Of a DNA stretch of 64,000 bases, positions 18,871 to 28,106 are shown piece after piece; the stretch's first letter is position 1; every line of letters begins with the position of its first letter. This stretch comes from a virus: the IMG/VR virus record IMGVR_UViG_3300029882_000002; one strand, given 5' to 3'. Both the position numbers and the translations under genes were made by a program. The notes under the pieces are model-generated. The model was not told the origin of the DNA and searched no databases. It saw only the letters and a list, made by a program, of their open reading frames with translations.

Positions 18871-20229
18871 ATGGCCCGATTAGTTAGCCTGAAAGCAGAG
18901 TTAGCAGTGCTTAGAGGTATGTGTAGCAAGAATAAAAAGATAGCGGGGGCCCTACTCTCAAATACAGACGAATCATATTTTTACTCAGAAGAAAGTGTAG
19001 AACTCTACCAGGCAATCAAGCGGCATATGCATGAATCGGGGACAGCCCCCAGCTACAGACTGCTTATTGAAGACCCGGAAATCAGTGAAGACGCAAGATC
19101 CCACATGCGGGATAGCCAGGCATCAGTGCTAACTGTTGAAGACGCTGATAAAGCTGCACGCATCCTCAACCGTTATCGTCAGACACGTGGACTCTTCAAC
19201 TTAGCCTCCCACATCAATGATGCGATGAAGGGTTCCCGTCTCAATATTGATAACCTGTTAGAGGACTCGGCAACGGCCATCAATATTGTACGGAGCAAGA
19301 AGTCTAATAACGATGCTTTCACCCATTTCGGGCGCAACAACAACTCGAAAGAACTGGTTCATGATATTCTGTACGGCGATAACTCAGAGGACTTAATACC
19401 GTCTGGCATTGAAGCCTTTGACGAAGTGAACGGAGGATTTGCCAGAGGCTCTTTAGTTACTGCTGGTGCCAACTCAGGTGGGGGTAAATCAGTTTTAGCC
19501 GGTGCCATGGGTCTGAAGATGGCGGCTTTAGGCTACAAGGTATTGTTCGTTCCCTTGGAAATGTCTGAGAAAGAAATGACTCAGCGTATCTTGGCAAACG
19601 TAACAAAGACCAATCTAACAAAGATCATTAGACAGCAGTTAGCAACAGGTGAACGAGATTTAGTATTCAAGCGTCAACGACGTTGGGAACGTAGAGTCAA
19701 AGAAGCTGGTGGTCGATTCACTATATTTAAGCCTCGTGAGGACATGAATATTGAGGAGATCATGGCTGCAACCGCTGCCTACCAGTGTGATGTGATGATC
19801 ATTGATTATATTTCACTTTTGAAAGGTGTAGACGGTGACGATCAGTGGCGGGCCTTAGGGTCAGTTGCTCGTTATGCTAAGATCAATGCCGAAATAGAAG
19901 GTCGCGTAAATATTTTATTGTGTCAAGTTAGCGATGATGGCAAGATCCGTTATGCGCGAGCCATAAGCGAGCACAGCAGCAATTCTTTAATTTGGATTAA
20001 TTCAAAAGAACAAAAAGAATCGGGCATTACCCGTATTGAACAACCTAAGTCCCGTAATTCTATGGCCTTTCCTTTCTCTGTCAAGTTCGTATGGGACCAG
20101 ATGAGAATTGAAAGGGCACCTACAGACGAAAGTTTGGGTGCAGTTGAGCATCCGCCAGGATCAGATGCCGAGGACCCCAAAAAGGCCCCAAAAAGGCGGA
20201 AAATGCCCAACCTTGCCACTGATACATGA
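18871..20229 (+). CDS. DnaB-like replicative DNA helicase
   Basis: Walker A GANSGGGKSVLA, Walker B-like VMIIDYISLL, DnaB-type N-terminal helical domain, basic C-terminal tail. AAAGGATTAAGG RBS. Confidence 0.8.
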   Translation: MARLVSLKAELAVLRGMCSKNKKIAGALLSNTDESYFYSEESVELYQAIKRHMHESGTAPSYRLLIEDPEISEDARSHMRDSQASVLTVEDADKAARILNRYRQTRGLFNLASHINDAMKGSRLNIDNLLEDSATAINIVRSKKSNNDAFTHFGRNNNSKELVHDILYGDNSEDLIPSGIEAFDEVNGGFARGSLVTAGANSGGGKSVLAGAMGLKMAALGYKVLFVPLEMSEKEMTQRILANVTKTNLTKIIRQQLATGERDLVFKRQRRWERRVKEAGGRFTIFKPREDMNIEEIMAATAAYQCDVMIIDYISLLKGVDGDDQWRALGSVARYAKINAEIEGRVNILLCQVSDDGKIRYARAISEHSSNSLIWINSKEQKESGITRIEQPKSRNSMAFPFSVKFVWDQMRIERAPTDESLGAVEHPPGSDAEDPKKAPKRRKMPNLATDT

Positions 20230-20328
20230 TCCTCAATTTAGGGTCGCCACGGGCCTCAAAAGGGCCTTAAAACAGCACGTGGCGTGGCAAGGCACTGCAT
20301 GTTTCATGCTCCAATTTAGAGAAAAACA

Positions 20329-20571
20329 ATGACAAACGTTATTAATTTTTGTAGGCCAGTCATTAGTCCCAAACCTAAGGTAGAATTCAGCAAGTGGAAC
20401 GGTGGGCCCGGGCCCTGCCCTGTTTCCAAAGACCAAGTTGTGCGGGTAGTCCTACGCAACGGAAAAATTATGACTATCAGCGCATGTGCTTTAACTTGGG
20501 AACATCGGGGCTTACCTTCCGATATAGTAGGATGGTCCGTAAGTCTAGAGCTGGATGCGTCTAAATACTAA
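20329..20571 (+). CDS. hypothetical protein
   Basis: 80-aa ORF. Its first 8 codons (MTNVINFC) are duplicated at 20954. Confidence 0.55.
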   Translation: MTNVINFCRPVISPKPKVEFSKWNGGPGPCPVSKDQVVRVVLRNGKIMTISACALTWEHRGLPSDIVGWSVSLELDASKY

Positions 20572-20594
20572 GTTTAAAAATCAGGAATTTGGTT

Positions 20595-20936
20595 ATGCCA
20601 AAAATTAAGACTTATGTTCAAACTAAAGTTCATGTCGAAATAGACGTTGAATTTCCGTTTTACCGCAAAATTCGTGATGTCCACCATTCGGATTACTACA
20701 ACGAAGATACCTATGTAAAGATCGAGGAGACTAGAACAATAACCTTGGTTTTCCGAACGGGTTGCGGCTATCCTGGAGACTATGAAAAGACTTCAATTCT
20801 AGTTGGGGCTACTAGTCTTGAGAACTATGGGATAGCTTATCTGAAAGGTACTGCGGATAACATGCTTACTGCGTCCGAGTTTAAGGCTAAATTAGCTGAA
20901 GCTTTGTCAGACATATCCCTAGCCGACCTAGACTGA
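20595..20936 (+). CDS. hypothetical protein
   Basis: ORF 20589..20936 trimmed to ATG 20595 (AGGAA 7 nt upstream). Confidence 0.6.
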   Translation: MPKIKTYVQTKVHVEIDVEFPFYRKIRDVHHSDYYNEDTYVKIEETRTITLVFRTGCGYPGDYEKTSILVGATSLENYGIAYLKGTADNMLTASEFKAKLAEALSDISLADLD

Positions 20937-21030
20937 ACAGATTAAGATTAGAAATGACCAACGTTATCAATTTTTGTATGTCAAGGCCCCCGACCATATA
21001 CAAACATTAAAAGCGTGCGTGCTCTAAATA

Positions 21031-21072
21031 AAAAAGGGACTACACAATCAAATGTGTAGTCCCTTTTCTTTT
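21031..21072. terminator. bidirectional rho-independent terminator between convergent blocks
   Basis: Stem GGGACTACACA / TGTGTAGTCCC (21036-21063) with a 6-nt loop, flanked by AAAAA on the left and TTTTCTTTT on the right. Lies between the + gene ending at 20936 and the - gene ending at 21084. Confidence 0.8.
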
Positions 21073-21083
21073 AGTCTCTCAGT

Positions 21084-21845
21084 TTATGTGCTACGCTCTA
21101 CGGTCCAAAAACTATCTGATAACGTTGGGTCTAGTACAAAGGCAAAGGGAAGCCAGAAATAGCCGTCTAGTCCCCATTTAATGCCCCAACTATTGCGGAC
21201 CAGAAACATACGGGTATTTAAATCGTAGCCCACCATTAATACAGCGTGACCGCCTAAGCATTTTTCTTTTGTATTATCGGGCATAGGTACTATCCCCGTC
21301 TTTGCTACAACTTCGTTCTCAAACGATTCGTAGACAACGATACCGAACACAATAGGACGACCTTCACTTAAGAAATGAAGAATCGTATTTTCGTGCTGGC
21401 TAATCTTTGTACATTTTAGGGCTCTACGTTTTAATCCATCAATATAGGCATCAGCTGAGGGTTTAGCCTTAAAATGATGAACGTTATAGGGCCAGACGGC
21501 CTCTTCACATACGCCGTAAGTCTTGAGTGCTTGTATGCCATCAGCGATCTGGGCCCCAGCGTCTTGTCTGGTTGTCCCCTCAATTAATCGTTCGTTGTAA
21601 TAAACAAAGTTGCGACTTAACCGGGTGAACTTCTGATGCTGAACCAGTTCTAAGTGCTCCATTGCACCAATGAATGCGTGACCCGTACACGAGCCCTCCG
21701 ATTCTTGATTCTCTACCGGACTACACTTAGGACGTAGATCAACTGTTCGCGGAACATCCACAGGATTAGCAACAGCGAATACTGGAGTCCTTGAGTCATA
21801 ACTATCTCTCACTCTGCTATATTCTCTACTCATCGTTAGCCCCAT
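21084..21845 (-). CDS. papain-like (C1 family) cysteine peptidase
   Basis: Catalytic Cys region QESEGSCTGHAF (cf. Q..GSCWAF), His region GGHAVLMVGYD, Asn/Trp region VRNSWGIKWGLDGYFW. Confidence 0.75.
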   Translation of the reverse strand: MGLTMSREYSRVRDSYDSRTPVFAVANPVDVPRTVDLRPKCSPVENQESEGSCTGHAFIGAMEHLELVQHQKFTRLSRNFVYYNERLIEGTTRQDAGAQIADGIQALKTYGVCEEAVWPYNVHHFKAKPSADAYIDGLKRRALKCTKISQHENTILHFLSEGRPIVFGIVVYESFENEVVAKTGIVPMPDNTKEKCLGGHAVLMVGYDLNTRMFLVRNSWGIKWGLDGYFWLPFAFVLDPTLSDSFWTVERST

Positions 21846-21858
21846 AAATAATAATGAA

Positions 21859-21897
21859 CAAAAGAAAAGGGCTACACCTAGTGAAAGATGCAGCCCT
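21859..21897 (-). terminator. rho-independent terminator (minus strand)
   Basis: Stem AGGGCTGCA / TGTAGCCCT (one mismatch) at 21868-21897, followed on the minus strand by TTTCTTTTG. Lies just downstream of the 21926..22684 gene. Confidence 0.6.
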
Positions 21898-21925
21898 ATA
21901 GTTAAGCTTTTGGTCTAAAACTGGT

Positions 21926-22684
21926 TCAAGCAGTAGTGCCTTCATTTACCTGAGAAATTACGTCGCTCAAATAAGCAGGATCGTAAGAATACAACTGCTT
22001 CCAATATTCTATAGCCTTTGCCTTGTCAGCACGACTAATACCAGCCTTCACCATCTTTTCGTTAAACGACTTCATGACCGGAACCTGAGCAATCGAGGTC
22101 ACCAGATCATAGCTAACTGTAGTCGCCAGATTAGTAGTTGAGGATACAACCTGTACCTTTTCACTATTGGCCTGGACAGCAAACCCATAGTCCATGTCCC
22201 CGCTTTTAGCCACAAACGAAACGAATTCACCCGGTGCTGCTGAGGCCATAGACAACTGAGCTAGGCGTGGTACATCGGGGCGACGGCTGACCGTGGCTTC
22301 AACCAGTTCCGACAGATCTTCATGACCGTGACGTGCCAGATATTTGCCACTCTTACCTTCACGTACTTCCCACAGTGACTTGTCTTTATTATCCATCATG
22401 ATATTCGAGCTCATGACACGATAACTAGCCCGTACTTCTTTTTCATTCAAGACTCGCACTTCTTTGTGAGCACGAATAAAACCAACAGCTACACCAGCCT
22501 TAATAATACGGAAACTGTCTTCAACGATAGCTGCTAAATGACTAAACTTGGATCCAACTGATGCACGAATGCTGTCTTTAGTTTGCTGACCCGTAAACGA
22601 GACAATAACCTTGGCTAGGGTTGGAGTTTTCATCTCGAAATCGGTAACAGCTACGGTAGACGTTTGAATATAATCGTTGTTCAT
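21926..22684 (-). CDS. hypothetical protein
   Basis: 252-aa ORF, AAGGA RBS. Confidence 0.65.
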   Translation of the reverse strand: MNNDYIQTSTVAVTDFEMKTPTLAKVIVSFTGQQTKDSIRASVGSKFSHLAAIVEDSFRIIKAGVAVGFIRAHKEVRVLNEKEVRASYRVMSSNIMMDNKDKSLWEVREGKSGKYLARHGHEDLSELVEATVSRRPDVPRLAQLSMASAAPGEFVSFVAKSGDMDYGFAVQANSEKVQVVSSTTNLATTVSYDLVTSIAQVPVMKSFNEKMVKAGISRADKAKAIEYWKQLYSYDPAYLSDVISQVNEGTTA

Positions 22685-22763
22685 TTTTAATCCTTATTGC
22701 GAAAGGGAGAGTACAGATTGTGAACCTCTAAGGGTTATCATTAAATTGTGGAACGTAGAACTA

Positions 22764-23120
22764 CTATTTAGCGTTGATAATGCCAACCAATTTGTAGTAG
22801 CCATTGGTGTTACAGATAAACTGCAGATTTTTAATTTTTGACAGGTCCTTCATCAAATTATGGATTTCTAAGATTCCGCTAGGGTCCCAAGACGTACCTC
22901 TGAGGCCCGGAATACTGCTTTTACTAGCCTTCAAATAGATCGATATGACATTATCCGCTTCTTCACCATAACTAACTCCATCAATAATATGGTGCTTGGA
23001 GAATTCATGTTTCAAAAGTTCAGCAATTTCTGGATTTGAGGCCTCAAGTTGTGCAAAACCTGGATCGCGACTAATATCTGTTGCCACTAATCTTTGTGCT
23101 GCATTAACTTTGATGTTCAT
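22764..23120 (-). CDS. hypothetical protein carrying the N-terminal AAxRL tag
   Basis: 118 aa, begins MNIKVNAAQRLVATD. ATGA-coupled to the upstream gene. Confidence 0.65.
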   Translation of the reverse strand: MNIKVNAAQRLVATDISRDPGFAQLEASNPEIAELLKHEFSKHHIIDGVSYGEEADNVISIYLKASKSSIPGLRGTSWDPSGILEIHNLMKDLSKIKNLQFICNTNGYYKLVGIINAK

Positions 23121-24442
23121 TTGCTATCCTTTGATTGTTGATCAAGTTCCTCTTGTGCTTTGGTCCACGCAGCGTCAGGTATATCACCTGACTCAACGTA
23201 GTCAGCAATTGCATCAATCACTTTACCTACAAGTTCGTCGTCCAGTTTATCGCTAGTTTCGGCTGTAATCAGTCTTGAAGCAATGCTTAAGGTTAGTGAA
23301 CTATGGACACCATGTCGACTATTTTTGGTGCCTGGTCCACCTTGACGTTGACGGCGGTCTATTTCTTCGTCGCTTAATGTATCATATTCGTGTTTGGATA
23401 GCGGTACCCAATCGCCGTTTTTCCAATATCCATATTTATTTGCTTCAGCTTCTTCATCTGACCACCCTTTCTTTCTAGGCTTATCGTTTCCTAGTTTCTT
23501 AATGCTCGATCCAGCACCGACCACACCTTTCTTTACCAGACTATATATTGCCGGTGCACCCAAGTGCTTAACAGCCATGAAAGCTACTAGTCCAACACCA
23601 CCTGAGGCACCCAGTACACCAGCCATAGCTGCACTGCCTAGGATATTACCGACCATTGATGCAATCTTCTTTACATCGCCTTCCTGCGTCTTACCATTCA
23701 ATAGTCTGTGAGTTGCACCAATACCCGATAGTAGGCCTCCACCGTCCCTTATAATGCCTCTAATCAACCCTTTCTTCTTAGCCTCAGCTTTAACCTTGGA
23801 AGCTGCGGTTTTGCGTTGTGGACTACTTGGTTTCTTATCCTCTGGTGTTATTTTGGGTTTACTGCTTTTAGTAGGTGCTTTAACCGGCACCTTAGACTGG
23901 GGTTTTGGTTCAGGACTATCCACTCCTGACTTGTCCTTAGCTTCAGGTTTCCCTTTAGCTTTAGGTTCAGGAGCAGAATTGGGTTCAGGTTTCAACAAAT
24001 CTTTCTTATTCTGCTCAAATTTCTCTTGTTCGGTTTTGGGTGCGGGTGTGGCTGCGGGTTTCTGCTTCTGAGTTTCGCTTATTGATTTAGGCAACGTCTT
24101 CTGATCCCTGGTCACGGTCACCGGCTGATTACGATCAGTGGGTCTAGATTTGGGTTTATTGTCCTCAGATTTTATGTCATCCGCGTACTTGGAACCCGGA
24201 TGTTCCTCAACGTAGTCTTCTTGTTCTGGTTTTGAGAGCTTATCAAACCATTCTTCATTGAGTTTGTATTCTTTGTCGGGTTGAGGGTTATTGACCTTAT
24301 AGAATTTATTAGGCTGATTCTTTTTGACTGGCTTTTTAGTCTCTAACGGCTGAGGTCTAGTGCTCTGCATTTGAGCCTGCCCCGTAGGTGCTGCACTAAT
24401 AGTTTGGGTGCTCAATAATCGAAAAGCAGCGTTGAGTTTCAT
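23117..24442 (-). CDS. Lys/Pro-rich protein with Gly-rich hydrophobic segment; N-terminal AAxRL tag
   Basis: 441 aa, begins MKLNAAFRLLSTQ. Low-complexity K/P/E-rich middle, hydrophobic GNILGSAAMAGVLGASGGVGLVAFMAV segment. AGGAA RBS. Confidence 0.65.
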   Translation of the reverse strand: MKLNAAFRLLSTQTISAAPTGQAQMQSTRPQPLETKKPVKKNQPNKFYKVNNPQPDKEYKLNEEWFDKLSKPEQEDYVEEHPGSKYADDIKSEDNKPKSRPTDRNQPVTVTRDQKTLPKSISETQKQKPAATPAPKTEQEKFEQNKKDLLKPEPNSAPEPKAKGKPEAKDKSGVDSPEPKPQSKVPVKAPTKSSKPKITPEDKKPSSPQRKTAASKVKAEAKKKGLIRGIIRDGGGLLSGIGATHRLLNGKTQEGDVKKIASMVGNILGSAAMAGVLGASGGVGLVAFMAVKHLGAPAIYSLVKKGVVGAGSSIKKLGNDKPRKKGWSDEEAEANKYGYWKNGDWVPLSKHEYDTLSDEEIDRRQRQGGPGTKNSRHGVHSSLTLSIASRLITAETSDKLDDELVGKVIDAIADYVESGDIPDAAWTKAQEELDQQSKDSK

Positions 24443-24487
24443 TGTTGTTCCTGATCATAATTTGGTCCATAACTATTCGGCGCATAA

Positions 24488-25360
24488 TCAAATTTGTAGA
24501 TAGCTAAGAGACTTCGAAAAGTACATTAATTCTTTACCTTTTCTTAAGCTTGCATGCGCACTATACGCAAGGTCAATTTCATGCCCCGCCCCCGCACTGG
24601 CCTTATAGCATTCTTTTATCAAGGGGTGACTGTCATAGGACATAATCCAAGGAAGCTTTAATTTCTTCTGTACCCACGTAGCGAGTCTTCTATGGTCAGC
24701 CTCTTTATACGCATCTGTGTATAGACCCGGACCTTTCTCAACGTAAGGAGGGTCTAGATATACTAATGAATTCTTTGGTACTTGTGACTGTATACCAGAC
24801 ATAAAGTCCAAGGCATCTAAATTATAGATACCTATACGGGACTTGAGTTTCCCAATAGTCTGAATTCGTTTTATGAGTCCATCTTTGTTGTAACGAGCAT
24901 CTAATTTATATGTTCCAGCCTGTTGTTTTCCGCCGATAACACCAGCCTTTAGGATCCCAGATCTGTTCACCCTATTAAGAAAGAATGTAGCAAAACCTAG
25001 GTTTAGAAGAGGGGCTTTATTTCTGTTCAACCAAGTCTCACGTTGAAGATACCAAGTGTCCATGGTGCAAGGCACTGTTTCGATAAGAGAGCACAAAGCA
25101 TCTGGTTTACGAATACAGCTATACCAAAATGCATAAATCGCTCTATCGTAGTCGTTGAGATGAATCGCGCTAACTGAATCAGTCAGCAATAAGCCTAGTG
25201 CTAATCCGGCTCCGCCACAGAAAGGTTCTATGTAGTGCCCGCTCTTTAACTTATTGTTGGCTATTAGTTTTTGAAAATACGGGAGTAGTTGAGACTTCCC
25301 ACCGGGGTATCTTAAAGGTGTGTAATTAGTAATTTTCTTTCCTAGATTAGTCCACAACAT
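24488..25360 (-). CDS. D12-class N6-adenine DNA methyltransferase (Dam-like), intact
   Basis: RYPGGKSQLL, EPFCGGAGLAL (AdoMet-binding motif) and LDPPYVEKG (DPPY). Start placed at ATG 25360; the longest ORF begins at GTG 25390. Confidence 0.8.
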   Translation of the reverse strand: MLWTNLGKKITNYTPLRYPGGKSQLLPYFQKLIANNKLKSGHYIEPFCGGAGLALGLLLTDSVSAIHLNDYDRAIYAFWYSCIRKPDALCSLIETVPCTMDTWYLQRETWLNRNKAPLLNLGFATFFLNRVNRSGILKAGVIGGKQQAGTYKLDARYNKDGLIKRIQTIGKLKSRIGIYNLDALDFMSGIQSQVPKNSLVYLDPPYVEKGPGLYTDAYKEADHRRLATWVQKKLKLPWIMSYDSHPLIKECYKASAGAGHEIDLAYSAHASLRKGKELMYFSKSLSYLQI

Positions 25361-25441
25361 AGTTGGTTTACTGCATTCAAGTCGAAGCACTGAGCACTAA
25401 ACTATATTTACTATGTTGTGGAATAAGTCTAACAAAACATT

Positions 25442-25948
25442 TTACACATCTTGAACGTAATCGAAGCTCCAACCGATCTGTAGTGTAATCAGATTAGAGG
25501 CTCCACCGTCAAGCTCCACCTCGTTCACGGTCTCCGGCCACATACCGTAAACGTTAATAGTTCTACTAACTTGGGGTAAATCGTTATATACGACTATCTG
25601 ACCATTTACGCCATATGAAGACTTAAAAGTACCGCTATTATTAAGCCATGAACGGGCGCTTTCAGACCAAGCATAAAACTGAGCACGTGTACTCCAGTCA
25701 GAGGCTTCCATGAAAGTTGAATTAAAACTTCCCGTGTAAGTCTTCATGCCCGCATAGTTAAGTTTTGTTCCGTGCAAAGGAACTACAACTTTATCCATTG
25801 CAAAGCCAGGAAGGCCAGTGGTCATACATTTCCAGGTTAAGGCCTGTGTAGAACTAGAGCCTGGAATAGCTGGTAAAAAAAGATCAAAATTCCAAGACTG
25901 AGCTGGGTCGGCAACCGCTTGTACATCTGCTAAACTCGAACGTCCCAT
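25442..25948 (-). CDS. putative tail tube protein
   Basis: 168 aa, strong GAGGTG RBS. Size and N-terminal pattern (SWNFDLFLPAIPG ... LTWKCMTTGLPG) resemble gp19-type tube proteins. Close to the sheath gene. Confidence 0.55.
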   Translation of the reverse strand: MGRSSLADVQAVADPAQSWNFDLFLPAIPGSSSTQALTWKCMTTGLPGFAMDKVVVPLHGTKLNYAGMKTYTGSFNSTFMEASDWSTRAQFYAWSESARSWLNNSGTFKSSYGVNGQIVVYNDLPQVSRTINVYGMWPETVNEVELDGGASNLITLQIGWSFDYVQDV

Positions 25949-25963
25949 AATACACCTCTAGGT

Positions 25964-26019
25964 TTAATGATTAATGACTAGTGACTAGTGACTAGTGACT
26001 AGTGACTAGTGATTGATGA
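25964..26019. repeat. heptanucleotide tandem array (8 units NNNNTGA; 5 perfect CTAGTGA)
   Basis: ttaatga ttaatga (ctagtga)x5 ttgatga, in the 100-nt gap directly upstream of the tail tube gene. Contains five SpeI (ACTAGT) sites. Confidence 0.9.
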
Positions 26020-26048
26020 TTAAAATAACAATAGGTTGATCAATCAAA

Positions 26049-26453
26049 TCAACCCAAAATTTGAATAACTGGATCCCAACCCTCTCTTAATTCTCGGACT
26101 CTGATCAAGCAGTCTTTACCTTTAAATAGATAAGAATTAGGTGGCTCCCCATGGGGTATAGGCTGGGCCTTGAAATCAAGCATTTGAACGGCCTTTAAAA
26201 GCTTCGCGAAATCGCAGTGACAACCTAAGCTAAAGTCCGCTTGGTTCAGGTGCACTCTTAGACCATGCATTTTCAATAACTGATTTAAGGCTATTGCTTT
26301 AACTCCACGGGTGCCTATGTCCGCTACATGCTGTGGATTCTGGCCCTTGAGCTGGTACTTAGGTTCTTCATGATAAGTAGCTAGTAATCGATGCCAGGCC
26401 TTAGACTTGATAACGACGCCTAGTCGTGGATTAACTGGAATTAAATTTTCCAT
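26049..26453 (-). CDS. hypothetical protein
   Basis: ORF 26049..26510 trimmed to ATG 26453 (MENLIPVNP), 7 nt after the upstream stop. Confidence 0.6.
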   Translation of the reverse strand: MENLIPVNPRLGVVIKSKAWHRLLATYHEEPKYQLKGQNPQHVADIGTRGVKAIALNQLLKMHGLRVHLNQADFSLGCHCDFAKLLKAVQMLDFKAQPIPHGEPPNSYLFKGKDCLIRVRELREGWDPVIQILG

Positions 26454-26460
26454 AAGTGTC

Positions 26461-27234
26461 TCAGCCCAATGGTTGTTGACCCATGTTAAAGAGTCGAGGA
26501 TCAGCATCACTTAAGACCTCGTGTTCTAAGACCTGCTCTCTAGTCATATTGGCTTCTTGATCCTCGTTCAAAACACCGGGCAACGATTCGTACATAAAGC
26601 CATCTGATTTAGAAGTCGATGGCGGACCGGCCTCTAATTGTTTTTGACCTTTCTTTTGCTTAGCATAGCTTTGGTTATCACCTTCTTCGCCAATCATTTG
26701 ATAGCCGTCAAATAAGCCTGGCATCCCATCTGTATCCACAGTCGAATTAGCAATCCTAGGTTTAACTTTAGATTTAACTTTAGATTTAAGTTTAAGTTCG
26801 GCCCTAGCTACTGGACGCTGCTTAGTATTAGGTCTACGCGTGGACTCTTCTAGTGCAGCGTTCTCCATGTCCATTGTTAGGGGGTCGTCCTCAGCACCGG
26901 ATTCAATACGAAACAAACGTAATGCAGCCTTAATCTTAAGATAGGCCTGGGCGTGGGCGTACTGAGCATCAGTTTGTTGGGTCGTCGGATTCTTGCTCAC
27001 TGGTGTAGAACTAGCTGTAGTGTCCGTGCCCGTGTCTTTAACTGCTGTTTTATCCATAGCTGATTTAGGGCTAGTGCTAGTGCTTTCTTTGTTCTCAGTC
27101 GTTTCCCTGGTATCTTGCTGATGCTCTAACTGCTTTTCGTTCTGGGACTTGAAATCTGTAGCTGGTGCTATTACGTCTGAATTCGACTCAGCAACTAGTC
27201 TGAATGCTGCCCTTACCTCGGTTTTAATTTGCAT
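26461..27234 (-). CDS. hypothetical protein with two copies of the AAxRL tag
   Basis: 257 aa. N-terminus MQIKTEVRAAFRLVAES and internal YLKIKAALRLFRIES (aa 98-112). S/T-rich linker between them. Confidence 0.65.
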   Translation of the reverse strand: MQIKTEVRAAFRLVAESNSDVIAPATDFKSQNEKQLEHQQDTRETTENKESTSTSPKSAMDKTAVKDTGTDTTASSTPVSKNPTTQQTDAQYAHAQAYLKIKAALRLFRIESGAEDDPLTMDMENAALEESTRRPNTKQRPVARAELKLKSKVKSKVKPRIANSTVDTDGMPGLFDGYQMIGEEGDNQSYAKQKKGQKQLEAGPPSTSKSDGFMYESLPGVLNEDQEANMTREQVLEHEVLSDADPRLFNMGQQPLG

Positions 27235-27320
27235 CTTAACCGCCTGTATGTTTACGTGCTTAGTGTTTGTACTGTGGTGTGTTATAGTAAATAGAGGGTA
27301 TAACGAACGTCAGGGCCATC

Positions 27321-28106
27321 ATGTACAATCCAAATTACAATAATATAAAACCGGGGCACCTGAAATGGTGGGTAACCGTTGATCAAGTGCCTGAGAAAGT
27401 TTTCAAGGACGTAGAGAAATTAACTGGAAAATTCAAGATCGAGGACTGGACGGCTAAAGATGATGACGCGTTAAAGACCCAAATTTTGAAGTTCAAGTCT
27501 AGCAAGCAAATTACGCATTGGTTGCCTGCAGCCTTCTATGAACTAAAATTGACCAATCCTCGTCTTTGGAATAAATTCTGGTATTTAAATAGAGGCTATC
27601 TTCTCATCTTGGAACTAATGCTAAATGACCAAGCCAAGACCGTAAATGCTAGCGAATGCTTGGTAAAGAAGTCGAAGATGACACCTGAGTTAAAAACATT
27701 CTTTGCCCGAACCTGCATTCAAGGAAGTCCAGAAACGCAAACAGTGATATCTCTTGTTCAGGGCTCTGCTGTTGTAGCCGCATTAGCCTTTAAAAAATTA
27801 ACTGAAAACGGTGGCTACGAATTACTAGCCTATGGATCATCACTACGTATTCAAGGACTGGTACCGAAACTTAAAGAGGCCCTGTTGAAACTGACGGACG
27901 CCAAGTACATAATTTCGTTTAGCGTCAACTCAACTTCAACAGGGAGTCTGCAAAAAGCATTAGGTTTTACCAAACTAAAAGACGTGGGTCCCGAAACAAA
28001 AGTTTGGTACGGTCCTAATCTAGTAGGTTCTAAAACTGGAGACTATGAAGTAGGACTACCCTCATTTGTTGACGCAGGTAAAACCAAGTGGAAGCTAGAG
28101 TTTTAA
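27321..28106 (+). CDS. GNAT-like acetyltransferase-domain protein (opposite-strand moron)
   Basis: The only plus-strand gene inside the minus-strand virion block. C-terminal half (VVAALAFKKLTENGGYELLAYGSSLRIQGLVPKLKEALLKL ... LQKALGFTKL) resembles the GNAT acetyl-CoA-binding core. Possible extended -10 (TGtTATAGT) upstream. Confidence 0.45.
   Translation: MYNPNYNNIKPGHLKWWVTVDQVPEKVFKDVEKLTGKFKIEDWTAKDDDALKTQILKFKSSKQITHWLPAAFYELKLTNPRLWNKFWYLNRGYLLILELMLNDQAKTVNASECLVKKSKMTPELKTFFARTCIQGSPETQTVISLVQGSAVVAALAFKKLTENGGYELLAYGSSLRIQGLVPKLKEALLKLTDAKYIISFSVNSTSTGSLQKALGFTKLKDVGPETKVWYGPNLVGSKTGDYEVGLPSFVDAGKTKWKLEF

Noticed and set aside
25964-26019. Tandem repeat considered as a possible CRISPR array
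   Set aside because: The units are 7 nt and directly abutting, with no spacers. This is a microsatellite-like array, not a CRISPR array.
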